IMG/VR virus record: IMGVR_UViG_3300019360_000001
Direction: 5' to 3' (one strand)
DNA from: a virus
Length of the DNA stretch: 64,000 bases
In this document: positions 30,953 through 40,105 of the stretch, piece after piece
Numbering within the stretch: the first letter of the stretch is position 1
Layout: each line of letters starts with the position of its first letter
The notes under the pieces: generated by a model
What the model was told of the DNA's origin: nothing
Seen by the model: the letters and a program-made list of their open reading frames with translations, nothing else
Database searches by the model: none
Translations under genes and position numbers: made by a program

Positions 30953-31473
30953 GAATATTTTTTTCTTATAATTTTAATAATATAATTAATGTGCCTAGAT
31001 ATGGTAGCAATATTAATACCAGTTTTATTTACTATTTCTTCGTAATTTAAACCATCTTTAAAATACAATTTGGCTATATTATTTTTGTCATATTTTTTAA
31101 TTAAGTAATTCAAATCTATCTTTAGGTCTAAGTCTATATTCCTTTTAGAATAAAGTGAAAATTGTAGATTTTGTATATCTATTCCTTGTAGGCTTTTTAT
31201 TTTTTGTGAGTTTCCTTTAATCGTTCTTAGTGATCCTGCCGGAAAATGAACACAAAAAGAACCGCTAACAGCCTTATCATGTATTCTTCTACGAATAACT
31301 GTTTTTATATACGCTTCATAGTTTCCGTACTTTTCTAGATAGTTCTTTTCTCCCTCTAGTAGTGCTACAACTCCTTCATTAAATAAGTCGTCTTTTTGGT
31401 TTTTCAAATTTTTAAACTTATTTGCCATTACTCCGATGTAACTTGACCATCTATCTAGCTCTTCTTTAATCAT
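30949..31473 (-). CDS. Sigma-70 family RNA polymerase sigma factor
   Basis: Region 2 DDLFNEGVVALL...YIKTVIR; region 4 HTH LNYEEIVNKTGINIATISRH. Confidence 0.8.
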   Translation of the reverse strand: MIKEELDRWSSYIGVMANKFKNLKNQKDDLFNEGVVALLEGEKNYLEKYGNYEAYIKTVIRRRIHDKAVSGSFCVHFPAGSLRTIKGNSQKIKSLQGIDIQNLQFSLYSKRNIDLDLKIDLNYLIKKYDKNNIAKLYFKDGLNYEEIVNKTGINIATISRHINYIIKIIRKKYS

Positions 31474-31922
31474 TGCTCTCCTTTTTGTTGATATTTTTTC
31501 AATTCTATTCCTGCTTCTTTTAGAAGTTCGTAAGACAGGTTATAGTCGAATGCACTAGAACTTGGCTCGTTTAAATAAAGTATTCTTGATATACCCGACT
31601 GAATAAGCATAAGAGAACATTTTTCACAAGGCGGCATTGTAAGATAACAAGTCCAGTTTTGCAAATCTTCTTTAGCATTAATAATACAGTTTGTTTCTGC
31701 ATGTATAGTTCTTTTATATTTTTCTGGAGATTCTAATCTTTCAAGAGTATCTTTAATGCCGATTGGTTGACCATTAAATCCAAAATGAGCTTTTCTATTA
31801 TCAGGGCTTACAATAGCACAACCTACTTTTGTTCGTAAATCTTTACTTTTCTTAGAGATTACTTGCGCCATTTCTATCCAAATATCATCCCAAGTACAAG
31901 GTGATTTTATAAATGTGTCCAA
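31470..31922 (-). CDS. dCMP deaminase
   Basis: KVGCAIV, GFNG, HAE and PCEKC motifs. Confidence 0.92.
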   Translation of the reverse strand: MDTFIKSPCTWDDIWIEMAQVISKKSKDLRTKVGCAIVSPDNRKAHFGFNGQPIGIKDTLERLESPEKYKRTIHAETNCIINAKEDLQNWTCYLTMPPCEKCSLMLIQSGISRILYLNEPSSSAFDYNLSYELLKEAGIELKKYQQKGEQ

Positions 31923-31951
31923 GTTTTATTTATCCTCATATACAGCAGTTC

Positions 31952-32593
31952 TCAAAATACAATATCTCCACTAGCTATAATTGAAAGAACTTTTTTAGAC
32001 ATGAAAGATAACGATTTCAAAAGTTCTTGATCATACTTAATAATAGAACATGGCATATTAATAGAATTGTTTGCGTTTCTTGGCACAAGACTTATGCTTT
32101 TAGAGCTGTCGAATAAACATATATAAATTGGCATTATAAATCTCTTGTCCATAGAGCATACGGCTTTTTGTGTAGAAATTATTTTTATTTCTTCGTCGTT
32201 TAAATCTACGTTTATTGTCGTGGGTAAATCCTTTATTTTAGTTTTTGCCGCACAAACTTTAGGGAAATATACTTTTTGCTCTATTTTTAAGAAATGCTCT
32301 CGGATACTTAATAGTATTGACTCATAGATTATATTCTCTAAGCTTTCACCGTTTTTTATATATTTGTCTAATTGTTTTGATTGGCCAATAAAGAAAGAAA
32401 GGCCAATACTAATATTATTTTCTTCTTTGAAGGATATTATTTCATTTCCATTTGTAATTAAAAAATAAGGTTTAATTATACTAAAGTTATAGTCTGTTTC
32501 TGGTTTGAAATAAAACGTCTTTATAAGACTAGAATATAAATCATTGTAAGATGTTTTGTCTGGCAATATATCTGTACAAAGGCATTTTACCAA
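31952..32593 (-). CDS. Hypothetical protein
   Basis: Long ORF in operon. Confidence 0.55.
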   Translation of the reverse strand: MVKCLCTDILPDKTSYNDLYSSLIKTFYFKPETDYNFSIIKPYFLITNGNEIISFKEENNISIGLSFFIGQSKQLDKYIKNGESLENIIYESILLSIREHFLKIEQKVYFPKVCAAKTKIKDLPTTINVDLNDEEIKIISTQKAVCSMDKRFIMPIYICLFDSSKSISLVPRNANNSINMPCSIIKYDQELLKSLSFMSKKVLSIIASGDIVF

Positions 32594-32604
32594 AAATATA
32601 TACC

Positions 32605-33741
32605 TTATAACAAATTAACAAGTTTTGAGTCATTATTATCTTTATTTATATCTTTACTAGTTAGTTTTACGGCATATTTATTGTTACCTAAGTAACAAAT
32701 TATTTTATTTAATACCATTTTGTCTAAAGTTTTACGAAGATGGCCGAAATTTGGCATTTGCCCAGTTTTTTCACAAGTATTAGCCAATTCTTTAAAAGTC
32801 ATTTCACTTTTAGATAGGGTATTATATATAATTTGCTCAAAAGAAGACATTTGCATTACATTAATATTATTAAATACTATTAAATCATCAAACATTTCAT
32901 TTATTAAGGTTTGCGCACCTTTATCCGTATTTAAATTTTCTACGCCAAAAAACCTTTTAACGAACAAAAATATATCATGTGCCAACCATGCGTTCCTAAA
33001 CTGAGAACTTTCTTTATCTATTATATGTTCTGATTTTATTTCCCATTTGGATTTTAATAGAAGTATTTCATCTGGGCTTAAACTACTATAATTTTCCTTG
33101 CATAAACTTTCTTTAATTATTTGCCAGTTACATTTAGCCGATGAAGGCTCTAATATTTGTCCTATTAAGTCTTCCTTATCGCTACTATTTTTTGCTTTAA
33201 CAACAACAAATCTATCAAGCACAGCGCATATATGCTCTAATTGATTTGGTTTATTTGGGATATTGATTCCATTAGTTGCCGCCAGAACTAGGCCATTAAA
33301 TTGAACTGGTTCTATATTTCTATGTTTTGGCTTTATTATTTCGCCATTACCTATTTGTTTAAGTACATGTATATGCTGTTTAGTTTCAAGAGAAAATTCA
33401 TCAATAAAAATGATTGAGTTATTATAACATTCGAGAGTTTCGTATATACCGATTCCAGTAGAAGCTCCTGCCGAGGATATCCATCTAGCTACTTTTTGCC
33501 CATATTTATTCTCACTGCCTAGACCCAATCCTTCATAAATTGATTTTAACAATTGGGTTTTACCTGATCCTGCACGCCCTAATAATAGCACATGTCGGTT
33601 TCCATCGTGAAACACTCTTCCGATGCGGTTAAATAAGCCAGCCTTATGCTCCATGCGGGCTTTAATCGCCATAATCACCGCAAGCGGCAGACTTTTTTGG
33701 TCGCAAATTTTATTTATTTCGCCAATTAGATTAGACAGCAT
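32605..33741 (-). CDS. AAA+ ATPase with C-terminal winged helix
   Basis: Walker A GRAGSGKT, Walker B IFIDE, sensor ATN, Arg finger LDRF; wHTH-like tail. Confidence 0.8.
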   Translation of the reverse strand: MLSNLIGEINKICDQKSLPLAVIMAIKARMEHKAGLFNRIGRVFHDGNRHVLLLGRAGSGKTQLLKSIYEGLGLGSENKYGQKVARWISSAGASTGIGIYETLECYNNSIIFIDEFSLETKQHIHVLKQIGNGEIIKPKHRNIEPVQFNGLVLAATNGINIPNKPNQLEHICAVLDRFVVVKAKNSSDKEDLIGQILEPSSAKCNWQIIKESLCKENYSSLSPDEILLLKSKWEIKSEHIIDKESSQFRNAWLAHDIFLFVKRFFGVENLNTDKGAQTLINEMFDDLIVFNNINVMQMSSFEQIIYNTLSKSEMTFKELANTCEKTGQMPNFGHLRKTLDKMVLNKIICYLGNNKYAVKLTSKDINKDNNDSKLVNLL

Positions 33742-33979
33742 AATATATACCGCTCATTTTATTAATATAATAATATATGGGCAAAAATTTACGATAACAT
33801 TTCGCACAAAGAAAACAATAAGAAACATCATTTTTACAGTTTATACAAGTTCCATATGTCCATCGCCCAAACATCGCAATAGCTATATGTTGTAAACAAT
33901 CAATACATTTACAACAATACTTGCTATCGGTGTAAATATCTTCTCTAAAAATATCTCTGCAACCAGCACAAGTATTCAT
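33731..33979 (-). CDS. Cys-rich small protein, tag GIYYAV
   Basis: Four CxxC pairs; paralog of 58120..58326. Confidence 0.7.
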   Translation of the reverse strand: MNTCAGCRDIFREDIYTDSKYCCKCIDCLQHIAIAMFGRWTYGTCINCKNDVSYCFLCAKCYRKFLPIYYYINKMSGIYYAV

Positions 33980-34227
33980 AATATATAGTATATACCTTTA
34001 AATTTACAACCATAATGTGTGATAGGCAAATTTTTACCATAACAAGAATTACATAAAATAGATTCATCCATTAGATCGTTGCAATTAAAACAACGATTCT
34101 CTCCCACCTTTAAATTAAACTTTATCAAATGAAGTTTACTTCGCAATAGTAAATTCCAACATTCATCACAATAGTTATCATTGTTAACTGTAATGTTGTG
34201 CCCACAAGAACAATATTTTTTATCCAC
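33976..34227 (-). CDS. Cys-rich small protein, tag GIYYIL
   Basis: CxC plus three CxxC; paralog of 58323..58559. Confidence 0.7.
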   Translation of the reverse strand: MDKKYCSCGHNITVNNDNYCDECWNLLLRSKLHLIKFNLKVGENRCFNCNDLMDESILCNSCYGKNLPITHYGCKFKGIYYIL

Positions 34228-34675
34228 GAAGTTTTTTCATAGCCTTTTTAATATCTTTATCTACTTTCCTCATAGGAATATTGAAGAACTTTTCGCCCTC
34301 AACATATTTATTGTCCAAAATTATAGTAGGACATTCTAATACAACAAAAGACCATACGCAAAGATACCTTAAACCATCTTCTGAAAAAAGCATAAAAAGT
34401 GTAGGAAGATCTAATTGCATGTATTTACATTTGCGGTCTAGTATGCGCAAAGTGTCATATGCAAAATCTTCATCTGAATGTATGCTCTTTTTTACTTCAG
34501 TTTCTACATAAAACACAACATCTTTTTTATCTGATATTATTAAATCAACGCCCATTTTATTGGGGTTAACTTCTACATTAAATCCAGCATCAGACAAAAC
34601 TTTTTCGGCATATTTTTTTGCCTTAGAGTCATATTTTTTGTACAAACCTTTATCAAAAGGCTTTCTATTACACAT
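34220..34675 (-). CDS. PD-(D/E)XK-type nuclease-like protein
   Basis: GVDLI...YVETEVK. Confidence 0.6.
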   Translation of the reverse strand: MCNRKPFDKGLYKKYDSKAKKYAEKVLSDAGFNVEVNPNKMGVDLIISDKKDVVFYVETEVKKSIHSDEDFAYDTLRILDRKCKYMQLDLPTLFMLFSEDGLRYLCVWSFVVLECPTIILDNKYVEGEKFFNIPMRKVDKDIKKAMKKLRG

Positions 34676-34676
34676 T

Positions 34677-34859
34677 TTAATCCTGTGAACTTGGAGATCT
34701 CTCAGCCAGATCTTTTGCCAACTTTGCCTTAAAACCTTCTGTATAATAAGATTTATGGATTTTAACTTTCGTACTAGAATGTATATAAACAGCTACTACA
34801 AAAGATATACATACAACAATTGCTACAACTCCAAATATAAGATAATCACTATTAAGCAT
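34677..34859 (-). CDS. Small membrane protein
   Basis: Single TM helix. Confidence 0.5.
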   Translation of the reverse strand: MLNSDYLIFGVVAIVVCISFVVAVYIHSSTKVKIHKSYYTEGFKAKLAKDLAERSPSSQD

Positions 34860-34899
34860 ATTAATCTATCCTAACTACGTTTTATTAAAATGCAACATA

Positions 34900-35133
34900 T
34901 CAGTTTGCATTATAAATTATACCATCGCCAATTTGATACCAAAATCCTCTAGGACCTCTTTTTACAGGAATTTCCCGTCCAGACAAACGAGCAATTCCAG
35001 GAGTTTTTATCTTTGCAGAAACTCCATTATCTAAACGATAATATTCAATTAGCCTTTGTGTAGCTATCCTAATATTTTTATTCTTATGAACAATTCCTTT
35101 AAAATCAACCAAAGATGCATTTTTAAATCGCAT
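34900..35133 (-). CDS. Hypothetical protein
   Basis: SD GGAAG upstream. Confidence 0.5.
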   Translation of the reverse strand: MRFKNASLVDFKGIVHKNKNIRIATQRLIEYYRLDNGVSAKIKTPGIARLSGREIPVKRGPRGFWYQIGDGIIYNAN

Positions 35134-35135
35134 AG

Positions 35136-35399
35136 TTATTCTTCCTTTAAAAAATCTATTTCGTTAAAACAACCAAAACAAATATTTTGTTCCAAATCAT
35201 CAATTTCAAACCATTCTCCACAAGAAGAACATTTGTCTAATGACGGAACTTTTTCATCTTTTTCTGCCTCCTTTTCTATTTTCGTGCCTAATTTTATGTC
35301 TTCTACTTTTGGCATTCTGTATGGCCTTGTTCTCTTGCCACTTGCATCATCTCTATGTTTTCTTAATGACACTATTATTAAATCCTTAAATATCACCAT
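35136..35399 (-). CDS. Hypothetical Zn-finger protein
   Basis: CSSC...CFGC. Confidence 0.5.
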   Translation of the reverse strand: MVIFKDLIIVSLRKHRDDASGKRTRPYRMPKVEDIKLGTKIEKEAEKDEKVPSLDKCSSCGEWFEIDDLEQNICFGCFNEIDFLKEE

Positions 35400-35667
35400 T
35401 TTTTAGAATGGCTAAATCTTCCCTGGGATCAAGATATCTTCGTCTAAATTCATCTGCGGCATGTGCAGCAGCATAAACACAATTATGCAGTTCTGTATAT
35501 TTTTGCTCTCGGTTTGACATATATATTTTCATTAATAGAAATATACAATACTCAAGATCGCCTTTAGACGCAATCTCTGTTAATTGTGACATGGCTTGAT
35601 TATATTTCGCCCTGTCTTGTTGTGTTATATATGGCATTACTACTCCTGATATTCTATTTTTTGGCAA
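35386..35667 (-). CDS. Conserved phage protein (MPYI...GDL.Y...EF.RR...ED..I..NGDI family)
   Basis: Recognisable motif string; probable start at MPYITQ. Confidence 0.7.
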   Translation of the reverse strand: MPKNRISGVVMPYITQQDRAKYNQAMSQLTEIASKGDLEYCIFLLMKIYMSNREQKYTELHNCVYAAAHAADEFRRRYLDPREDLAILKNGDI

Positions 35668-36104
35668 ACGATATTACGCTTTTTTAACTCCTTGATAGCC
35701 CTGGACAAAGAAATCTTACAGCCAATAGATTTATTAAACTGATCTTTAATAGAACAAAAGGAAAAACCTTCTGTGATAAGTTCTTTTTTATCATTTACAA
35801 TTCTACATTTAGTTAAGGCAATAGCATCAACAACAAAAAGTCTTGGTATTACTAATCTATTAATTACAAAATAACTATTTGGATGCCTTAAATAGTCCTT
35901 AACTTGACCAGACTCATAGGCTTTAATTTTATGCTCTGACAAAATATTATAAAAATCATCATGTATATCTTCTCTAAAGTGAGAAAATAAAGCCCTAAAC
36001 TTTTCTCCTGTTTCCGTCACAATAAAAGTCCTCATTAAAACTTTACCTCCTGTAATAAATTCCTTTGTACCTATAACTTGCATTTCTTGCCAATATTTTA
36101 ACAA
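35640..36104 (-). CDS. Hypothetical phage protein
   Basis: C-terminal G.S.CS.KD.FNK.IG.KISL.RA motif common in phages. Confidence 0.6.
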   Translation of the reverse strand: MLKYWQEMQVIGTKEFITGGKVLMRTFIVTETGEKFRALFSHFREDIHDDFYNILSEHKIKAYESGQVKDYLRHPNSYFVINRLVIPRLFVVDAIALTKCRIVNDKKELITEGFSFCSIKDQFNKSIGCKISLSRAIKELKKRNIVCQKIEYQE

Positions 36105-36357
36105 AATTATCTTCTGGCAAGTCTTTTGTTCTATTTTCTATTTCTTCTTTTATATAACCATAAATAAAATGGTATTTATCAATATAAATATGAAAATGTA
36201 AGTGATAAAAAGGACCCCTATGTATTTTATCTCTTGTGTTTAAGAGATGTGAAAGTTTCATATCAATAAGAAGAATTTTTTTGCCATCTTTTGTTATCCA
36301 GAATCTTTCATTAAGGGCCGATTGTTTTAGTTCTGTTAGATATAGATGTCGTGTCAT
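36043..36357 (-). CDS. Small protein, tag GIYYRR
   Basis: W.TKDG....I.DM...HL.N domain plus the shared C-terminal motif. Confidence 0.65.
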   Translation of the reverse strand: MTRHLYLTELKQSALNERFWITKDGKKILLIDMKLSHLLNTRDKIHRGPFYHLHFHIYIDKYHFIYGYIKEEIENRTKDLPEDNFVKILARNASYRYKGIYYRR

Positions 36358-36358
36358 T

Positions 36359-36967
36359 TTAAAACCTATATTCTATTCCCAGTGACACAACATCGGTATT
36401 TATACCACGATTTGGTCTTGGACTACCAAATATAGAACTTCCATTTGAAAAATGCCAAACTTCATATTGCGCAAAAATAGATGTGTTTTCACTTGTTTTT
36501 AGTCCAATTCCAGGCCCTGCGCCTAAAACAAATCCCCAGTTTGTTGCTTGTTCATTAGGCTTATGATCAAAATAATGAAATCCTGCTTTTAGCGAAAAAT
36601 ACAGTTCAAAACTTTTTATTGGATATATAATTCTTGGTTTTAGGTCCAGTCCAGTTCCTATACAATCTTGTCCATTTATAGTTTGTGCTCCGCTTATTCC
36701 CAAACCAACAGCAGTTTCTATATTTTTAACTTTAAAAACTTTTGTCTCGATATAACTTGATTCATGAACTATATCTACTGGATTGCCTTTGCCGTTTCTT
36801 ATAATAGTCTTAGAAATAAAAATAGGTTTTCCAATTCCTACTTCTGTGCGACTATAGTTTTTAACTAGAAAATCTTTGTGACATCCAGATAAAAAAATAA
36901 GAAGATATATAAATTTAACTTTCATTTTTAATACCACCATTTTGGACTGTTTTCTTTCTGTTAACAT
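36359..36967 (-). CDS. pagL: PagL-like lipid A 3-O-deacylase / acyloxyacyl hydrolase beta-barrel
   Basis: Catalytic H-x-S-N (WHFSNG), NRGIN, alternating beta strands, C-terminal YRF; N-terminal LSGC (probable start 36925). Confidence 0.7.
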   Translation of the reverse strand: MLTERKQSKMVVLKMKVKFIYLLIFLSGCHKDFLVKNYSRTEVGIGKPIFISKTIIRNGKGNPVDIVHESSYIETKVFKVKNIETAVGLGISGAQTINGQDCIGTGLDLKPRIIYPIKSFELYFSLKAGFHYFDHKPNEQATNWGFVLGAGPGIGLKTSENTSIFAQYEVWHFSNGSSIFGSPRPNRGINTDVVSLGIEYRF

Positions 36968-37259
36968 AAATATCTACATTTCTATCGTTTAAATCTTTAA
37001 ACCAAGACTCAATAGAATCAAATTTCTCTGTCTTTAATGCTTTTATGTGTTTTGCCATTTCAACTGACTTATCATTAAATAATGAAAATATTGAAGGCGA
37101 AACATATGCAATTCCTAATTTGGCCACAATAAATATATATTTTGTATTATTAAGCAAATCTAAAGCTTTTACAGGATATTGTTTACTTCCCTCTTTAATT
37201 GTGTGCATTAATTTTCTCCTTTGCCAATTTAGAATTAACACTTTTAATGTCAAAATCAT
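36915..37259 (-). CDS. Hypothetical protein
   Basis: ORF in operon. Confidence 0.5.
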   Translation of the reverse strand: MILTLKVLILNWQRRKLMHTIKEGSKQYPVKALDLLNNTKYIFIVAKLGIAYVSPSIFSLFNDKSVEMAKHIKALKTEKFDSIESWFKDLNDRNVDIYVNRKKTVQNGGIKNES

Positions 37260-37506
37260 TCCAAGAATAAATATTTATATTATTTCTGGTTTTGCCTGTG
37301 TTAATCACCCCAACCCCTTTTAAGGTGTTTATACATCTTATTGTCGTTAACCTTTTTATGTTTGTCGCTTGACAAATATCTTTTATTGTAATTTCAGAAG
37401 ATTGATTATAATTTCCGGTCCTAGAAAACAAAAATATCATAATTCTAAGTGTTGATCCGGTAAATTCTAGCTTGCACCATTCCATATTAAATTTTGCAAA
37501 CGTCAT
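37195..37506 (-). CDS. Winged-helix DNA-binding protein (replication-initiator-like)
   Basis: ITIKDICQATNIKRLTTIRCINTLKGVGVI...NIY. ATG 37506 has an AAGGA SD; the track start at TTG 37557 is less likely. Confidence 0.7.
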   Translation of the reverse strand: MTFAKFNMEWCKLEFTGSTLRIMIFLFSRTGNYNQSSEITIKDICQATNIKRLTTIRCINTLKGVGVINTGKTRNNINIYSWNDFDIKSVNSKLAKEKINAHN

Positions 37507-37560
37507 AAAATCCTTAAATTTTTTACATATTTCTGAAAATTTCCAAAGGTTAAACAAGTG

Positions 37561-37644
37561 GTATCAAAAATGATACTAGGAAGGTATCAAAAATGATACT
37601 GCCTAAGTATCATCCATGATACCAAGTAGTATCATCCGTGATAC
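37561..37644. repeat. Four palindromic GTATCA-N4-(T/G)GATAC-type repeats (iterons/operators), candidate origin
   Basis: Copies start at 37561, 37584, 37607 and 37629 (period 23, 23, 22 bp) and are followed by an AT-rich tract. Confidence 0.85.
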
Positions 37645-37910
37645 CCCCTGTTTCCATAAGTCTAATTATAATTAATAGTTACGGGAAAAATCTACATCTA
37701 TAATGTCTGAATATCTATATTAATGCCGGAAGGCCTTTTCCCTTATAAACAAAGGACTTAGGTTTTTGCATCATGCAGTTACCTTGCTTTATTTATTAAA
37801 ATAATAGCTTCTACAGGGCAATCCTCTAAAATCGCTAAATAATCGCACCGTTGGGCGCCTACGGCCACCCGTTGCCTTGTTTTTAGCTGAGTTAACCCAC
37901 ATCATTTCTT

Positions 37911-38192
37911 CTACAGTCTAAAATATAGGTTTTTTAACTTGTTTGGCTTATAATATTTACTACATTCAATACATAGATAGTCTGTACGTTCCCCTCCGTA
38001 GTATGAATGGGTGTCGTTATCACATTTTTGATTAGCACACTTGTAATGTTTTTTTGAATTTTCAACCTTATCCTTATAATTTTGTCTGATTAAAATATAA
38101 CATTCATAACAATATTTGTAATCATTTCTATTCAAAAAATTACCACAAAGACATTTTCTATCTGGCATAATAAATACCACTTGTTGTGTCAC
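37911..38192 (-). CDS. Cys-rich small protein, tag NLYFRL
   Basis: CLC, CYEC, CANQKC, CIEC; probable start MPDRK at 38168. Confidence 0.7.
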   Translation of the reverse strand: MTQQVVFIMPDRKCLCGNFLNRNDYKYCYECYILIRQNYKDKVENSKKHYKCANQKCDNDTHSYYGGERTDYLCIECSKYYKPNKLKNLYFRL

Positions 38193-38391
38193 GACCCATT
38201 ATTATCAAAGATCTATTATTAATCCATCGTAACAAAGAAGGCATATTATATACATAACGTCCATTGATGTATATTTCTTCTTTATATATTTTAGTTATTT
38301 CTCCTGTATATAGAAAAGATCTATGTGTTTTTATGTTTAATTTTATTATATCACCAATTTGTATATCATCAGCACTATAAATTTTTGCCAT
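38158..38391 (-). CDS. Small SH3/KOW-like protein, tag GIYYAR
   Basis: IQIGDII...YTGEITKI; no Cys. Confidence 0.65.
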   Translation of the reverse strand: MAKIYSADDIQIGDIIKLNIKTHRSFLYTGEITKIYKEEIYINGRYVYNMPSLLRWINNRSLIIMGRDTTSGIYYAR

Positions 38392-38395
38392 TAAA

Positions 38396-38638
38396 TTAAA
38401 GCCTGTAATAAATATCTTTTATTTGTTTTTTTATTATATTTTCTATTTCTTTAACAGTTGATTTTTTGTCCATACATAATAAAAGACTGTTTAGTGATTT
38501 ATGCCCACAAACCAAACATAATTTTTTAGAAAAATCGTAATTAATTAACGAAGCAAGGTTATATAAATCTATAAAATAATAATGACAATATGTGCCGTGG
38601 TGCCATTTAGTTTCTTTGACACAATTACATTTACTCAT
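38396..38638 (-). CDS. Cys-rich small protein, tag DIYYRL
   Basis: CNC...CLVC. Confidence 0.7.
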   Translation of the reverse strand: MSKCNCVKETKWHHGTYCHYYFIDLYNLASLINYDFSKKLCLVCGHKSLNSLLLCMDKKSTVKEIENIIKKQIKDIYYRL

Positions 38639-38886
38639 TTAAAGAAATAAATACCTGAAACTTCTTTAATAATTGATTCTTTTATTTTTACTAAAGAAGG
38701 AGCTGTCTCAAAACAAGCGTGACAAATTAATCTAAAATCTTGTTTTCTACAGAAGATACAATTTTTACGTACTCCCATCCAGCCATGATCTGCATATAGC
38801 AAAGGATATATTTCTTTCCAACAGTCTTCGCAATAATAACTTGTTTTGTTTTTATTTTTATTACACGAACATATATTTTTATTCAT
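38635..38886 (-). CDS. Cys-rich small protein, tag GIYFFK
   Basis: CSC, CEDC, CIFC, CHAC. Confidence 0.7.
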   Translation of the reverse strand: MNKNICSCNKNKNKTSYYCEDCWKEIYPLLYADHGWMGVRKNCIFCRKQDFRLICHACFETAPSLVKIKESIIKEVSGIYFFK

Positions 38887-39107
38887 AGAAGATAATAAAG
38901 GTCAACGAGCCTGTACTTATTAGTTAATTTTTTAGCTGGAATTTTTAAAGCATAACATTTGTCGCACAGTACAGCCTTAACAACAATTGAAGTTCTACAA
39001 TTTATACATATTCTCTGTAATGTATGTTCGGCATGTTTTTCTATCATCTTCCAGCAATCTACACAATAGACACAACCACGTTTTTCACATTCTTCACATG
39101 TATTCAT
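38883..39107 (-). CDS. Cys-rich small protein, tag DLYYLL
   Basis: CEEC, CVDC, CINC, CDKC. Confidence 0.7.
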   Translation of the reverse strand: MNTCEECEKRGCVYCVDCWKMIEKHAEHTLQRICINCRTSIVVKAVLCDKCYALKIPAKKLTNKYRLVDLYYLL

Positions 39108-39319
39108 GGTCTGACTAATTGTCTCCTCTTGCCTTTTTGGTCTTCTAGTAGTATTTTATTACCATTCTGCTCTTCTTTATAAAGGAACAATTCTCGTTCT
39201 AATAAACGTCGGATAGTTGTGGTTACGGTAGAGCCATACTTTTTCGAGATGTCTTCTATTTGGTCGATTATCCATTCGGGAATTCTGACGGATATTGTTA
39301 CGATTTTTTCTTTTGTCAT
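39104..39319 (-). CDS. Ribbon-helix-helix DNA-binding protein
   Basis: TISVRIPEWIIDQIEDISKKYGSTVTTTIRRLL. Confidence 0.75.
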   Translation of the reverse strand: MTKEKIVTISVRIPEWIIDQIEDISKKYGSTVTTTIRRLLERELFLYKEEQNGNKILLEDQKGKRRQLVRP

Positions 39320-39335
39320 AAAATTGATCTTTAAT

Positions 39336-39602
39336 TTATAGCCTGAAATATAATCCGTTGTATTGATTGAATATTATAAGTTTCATATTTCTTATTGTTA
39401 ATTTTCTATTATAACACTTTTTACAAAAATAAACATCGACATATGATTTTAAAAACACATGTTCAATCTCAACACGACATAAAATACATGTTTTGTAATC
39501 AATAAATTCCAGGTTTTTATCAATAAAATCTAAAAGTTCATCTATGCAAACGTTGCAATAAATATTTTCGATAGCTATATCTTGGCAAAAACATTTGCTC
39601 AT
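39336..39602 (-). CDS. Cys-rich small protein, tag GLYFRL
   Basis: CFC, CNVC, CILC, CKKC. Confidence 0.7.
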   Translation of the reverse strand: MSKCFCQDIAIENIYCNVCIDELLDFIDKNLEFIDYKTCILCRVEIEHVFLKSYVDVYFCKKCYNRKLTIRNMKLIIFNQYNGLYFRL

Positions 39603-39874
39603 AATAGATAATAAATGTCATTTAACTTTTTTGTTATTTTTGATATAATTTCTTCACTCGTCATTTTTTGAGCAATACATTTTTCGCATAATACTAAGTT
39701 GTCAATTGATTTATATTTTTTGTCGCCACAAACACAACATCCGTTGCTAATTCCCTCAAATGAATAACAAGCTGATTGTATTTCTGTAACGCATATTTTA
39801 CATAAACCCAATCCGTCAATAATTGAACTTCTTTCGCATGGACATGGAAAATCAGATAACATAATAAATTCCAT
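39599..39874 (-). CDS. Cys-rich small protein, tag DIYYLL
   Basis: CPC, CKIC, CCVC, CEKC. Confidence 0.7.
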   Translation of the reverse strand: MEFIMLSDFPCPCERSSIIDGLGLCKICVTEIQSACYSFEGISNGCCVCGDKKYKSIDNLVLCEKCIAQKMTSEEIISKITKKLNDIYYLL

Positions 39875-40105
39875 GCATTTTTAAACTATAAGATTCTAAA
39901 ATTTCATTTGTAGAAAGATTTTTTAGCATACATTTTGCACAAAATATTCACAATATTTCAAATGATCATCTAAAGAAATTTTACAAACTAAGCATTTATT
40001 TTTAATATTACTTTTTAAAATAAAATTGTCTAGAATTGACATACATTTTTTACAATAAATATATTTAAATCTATTGGTATTTACTACGCAAGTACAAAAA
40101 CTCAT
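39852..40105 (-). pseudogene. Frameshifted Cys-rich protein, tag GIYYVI
   Basis: MSFCTC...CKKC...CLVC...YCEYF, then after a 1-nt shift in a T run CAKCMLKNLSTNEILESYSLKMHGIYYVI*. Confidence 0.65.

Noticed and set aside
32587-32607. GIYFW encoded just after the ATPase stop codon as a further tag
   Set aside because: It follows a TAA, has only one residue after the aromatic pair and doubles as the RBS of the next gene. It is kept as a caution that an RBS plus AT-rich spacer can mimic, or seed, the tag.
37561-37644. CRISPR array
   Set aside because: Repeats are 16-bp palindromes separated by only 6-7 bp, with no spacer-length unique sequences and no cas genes.
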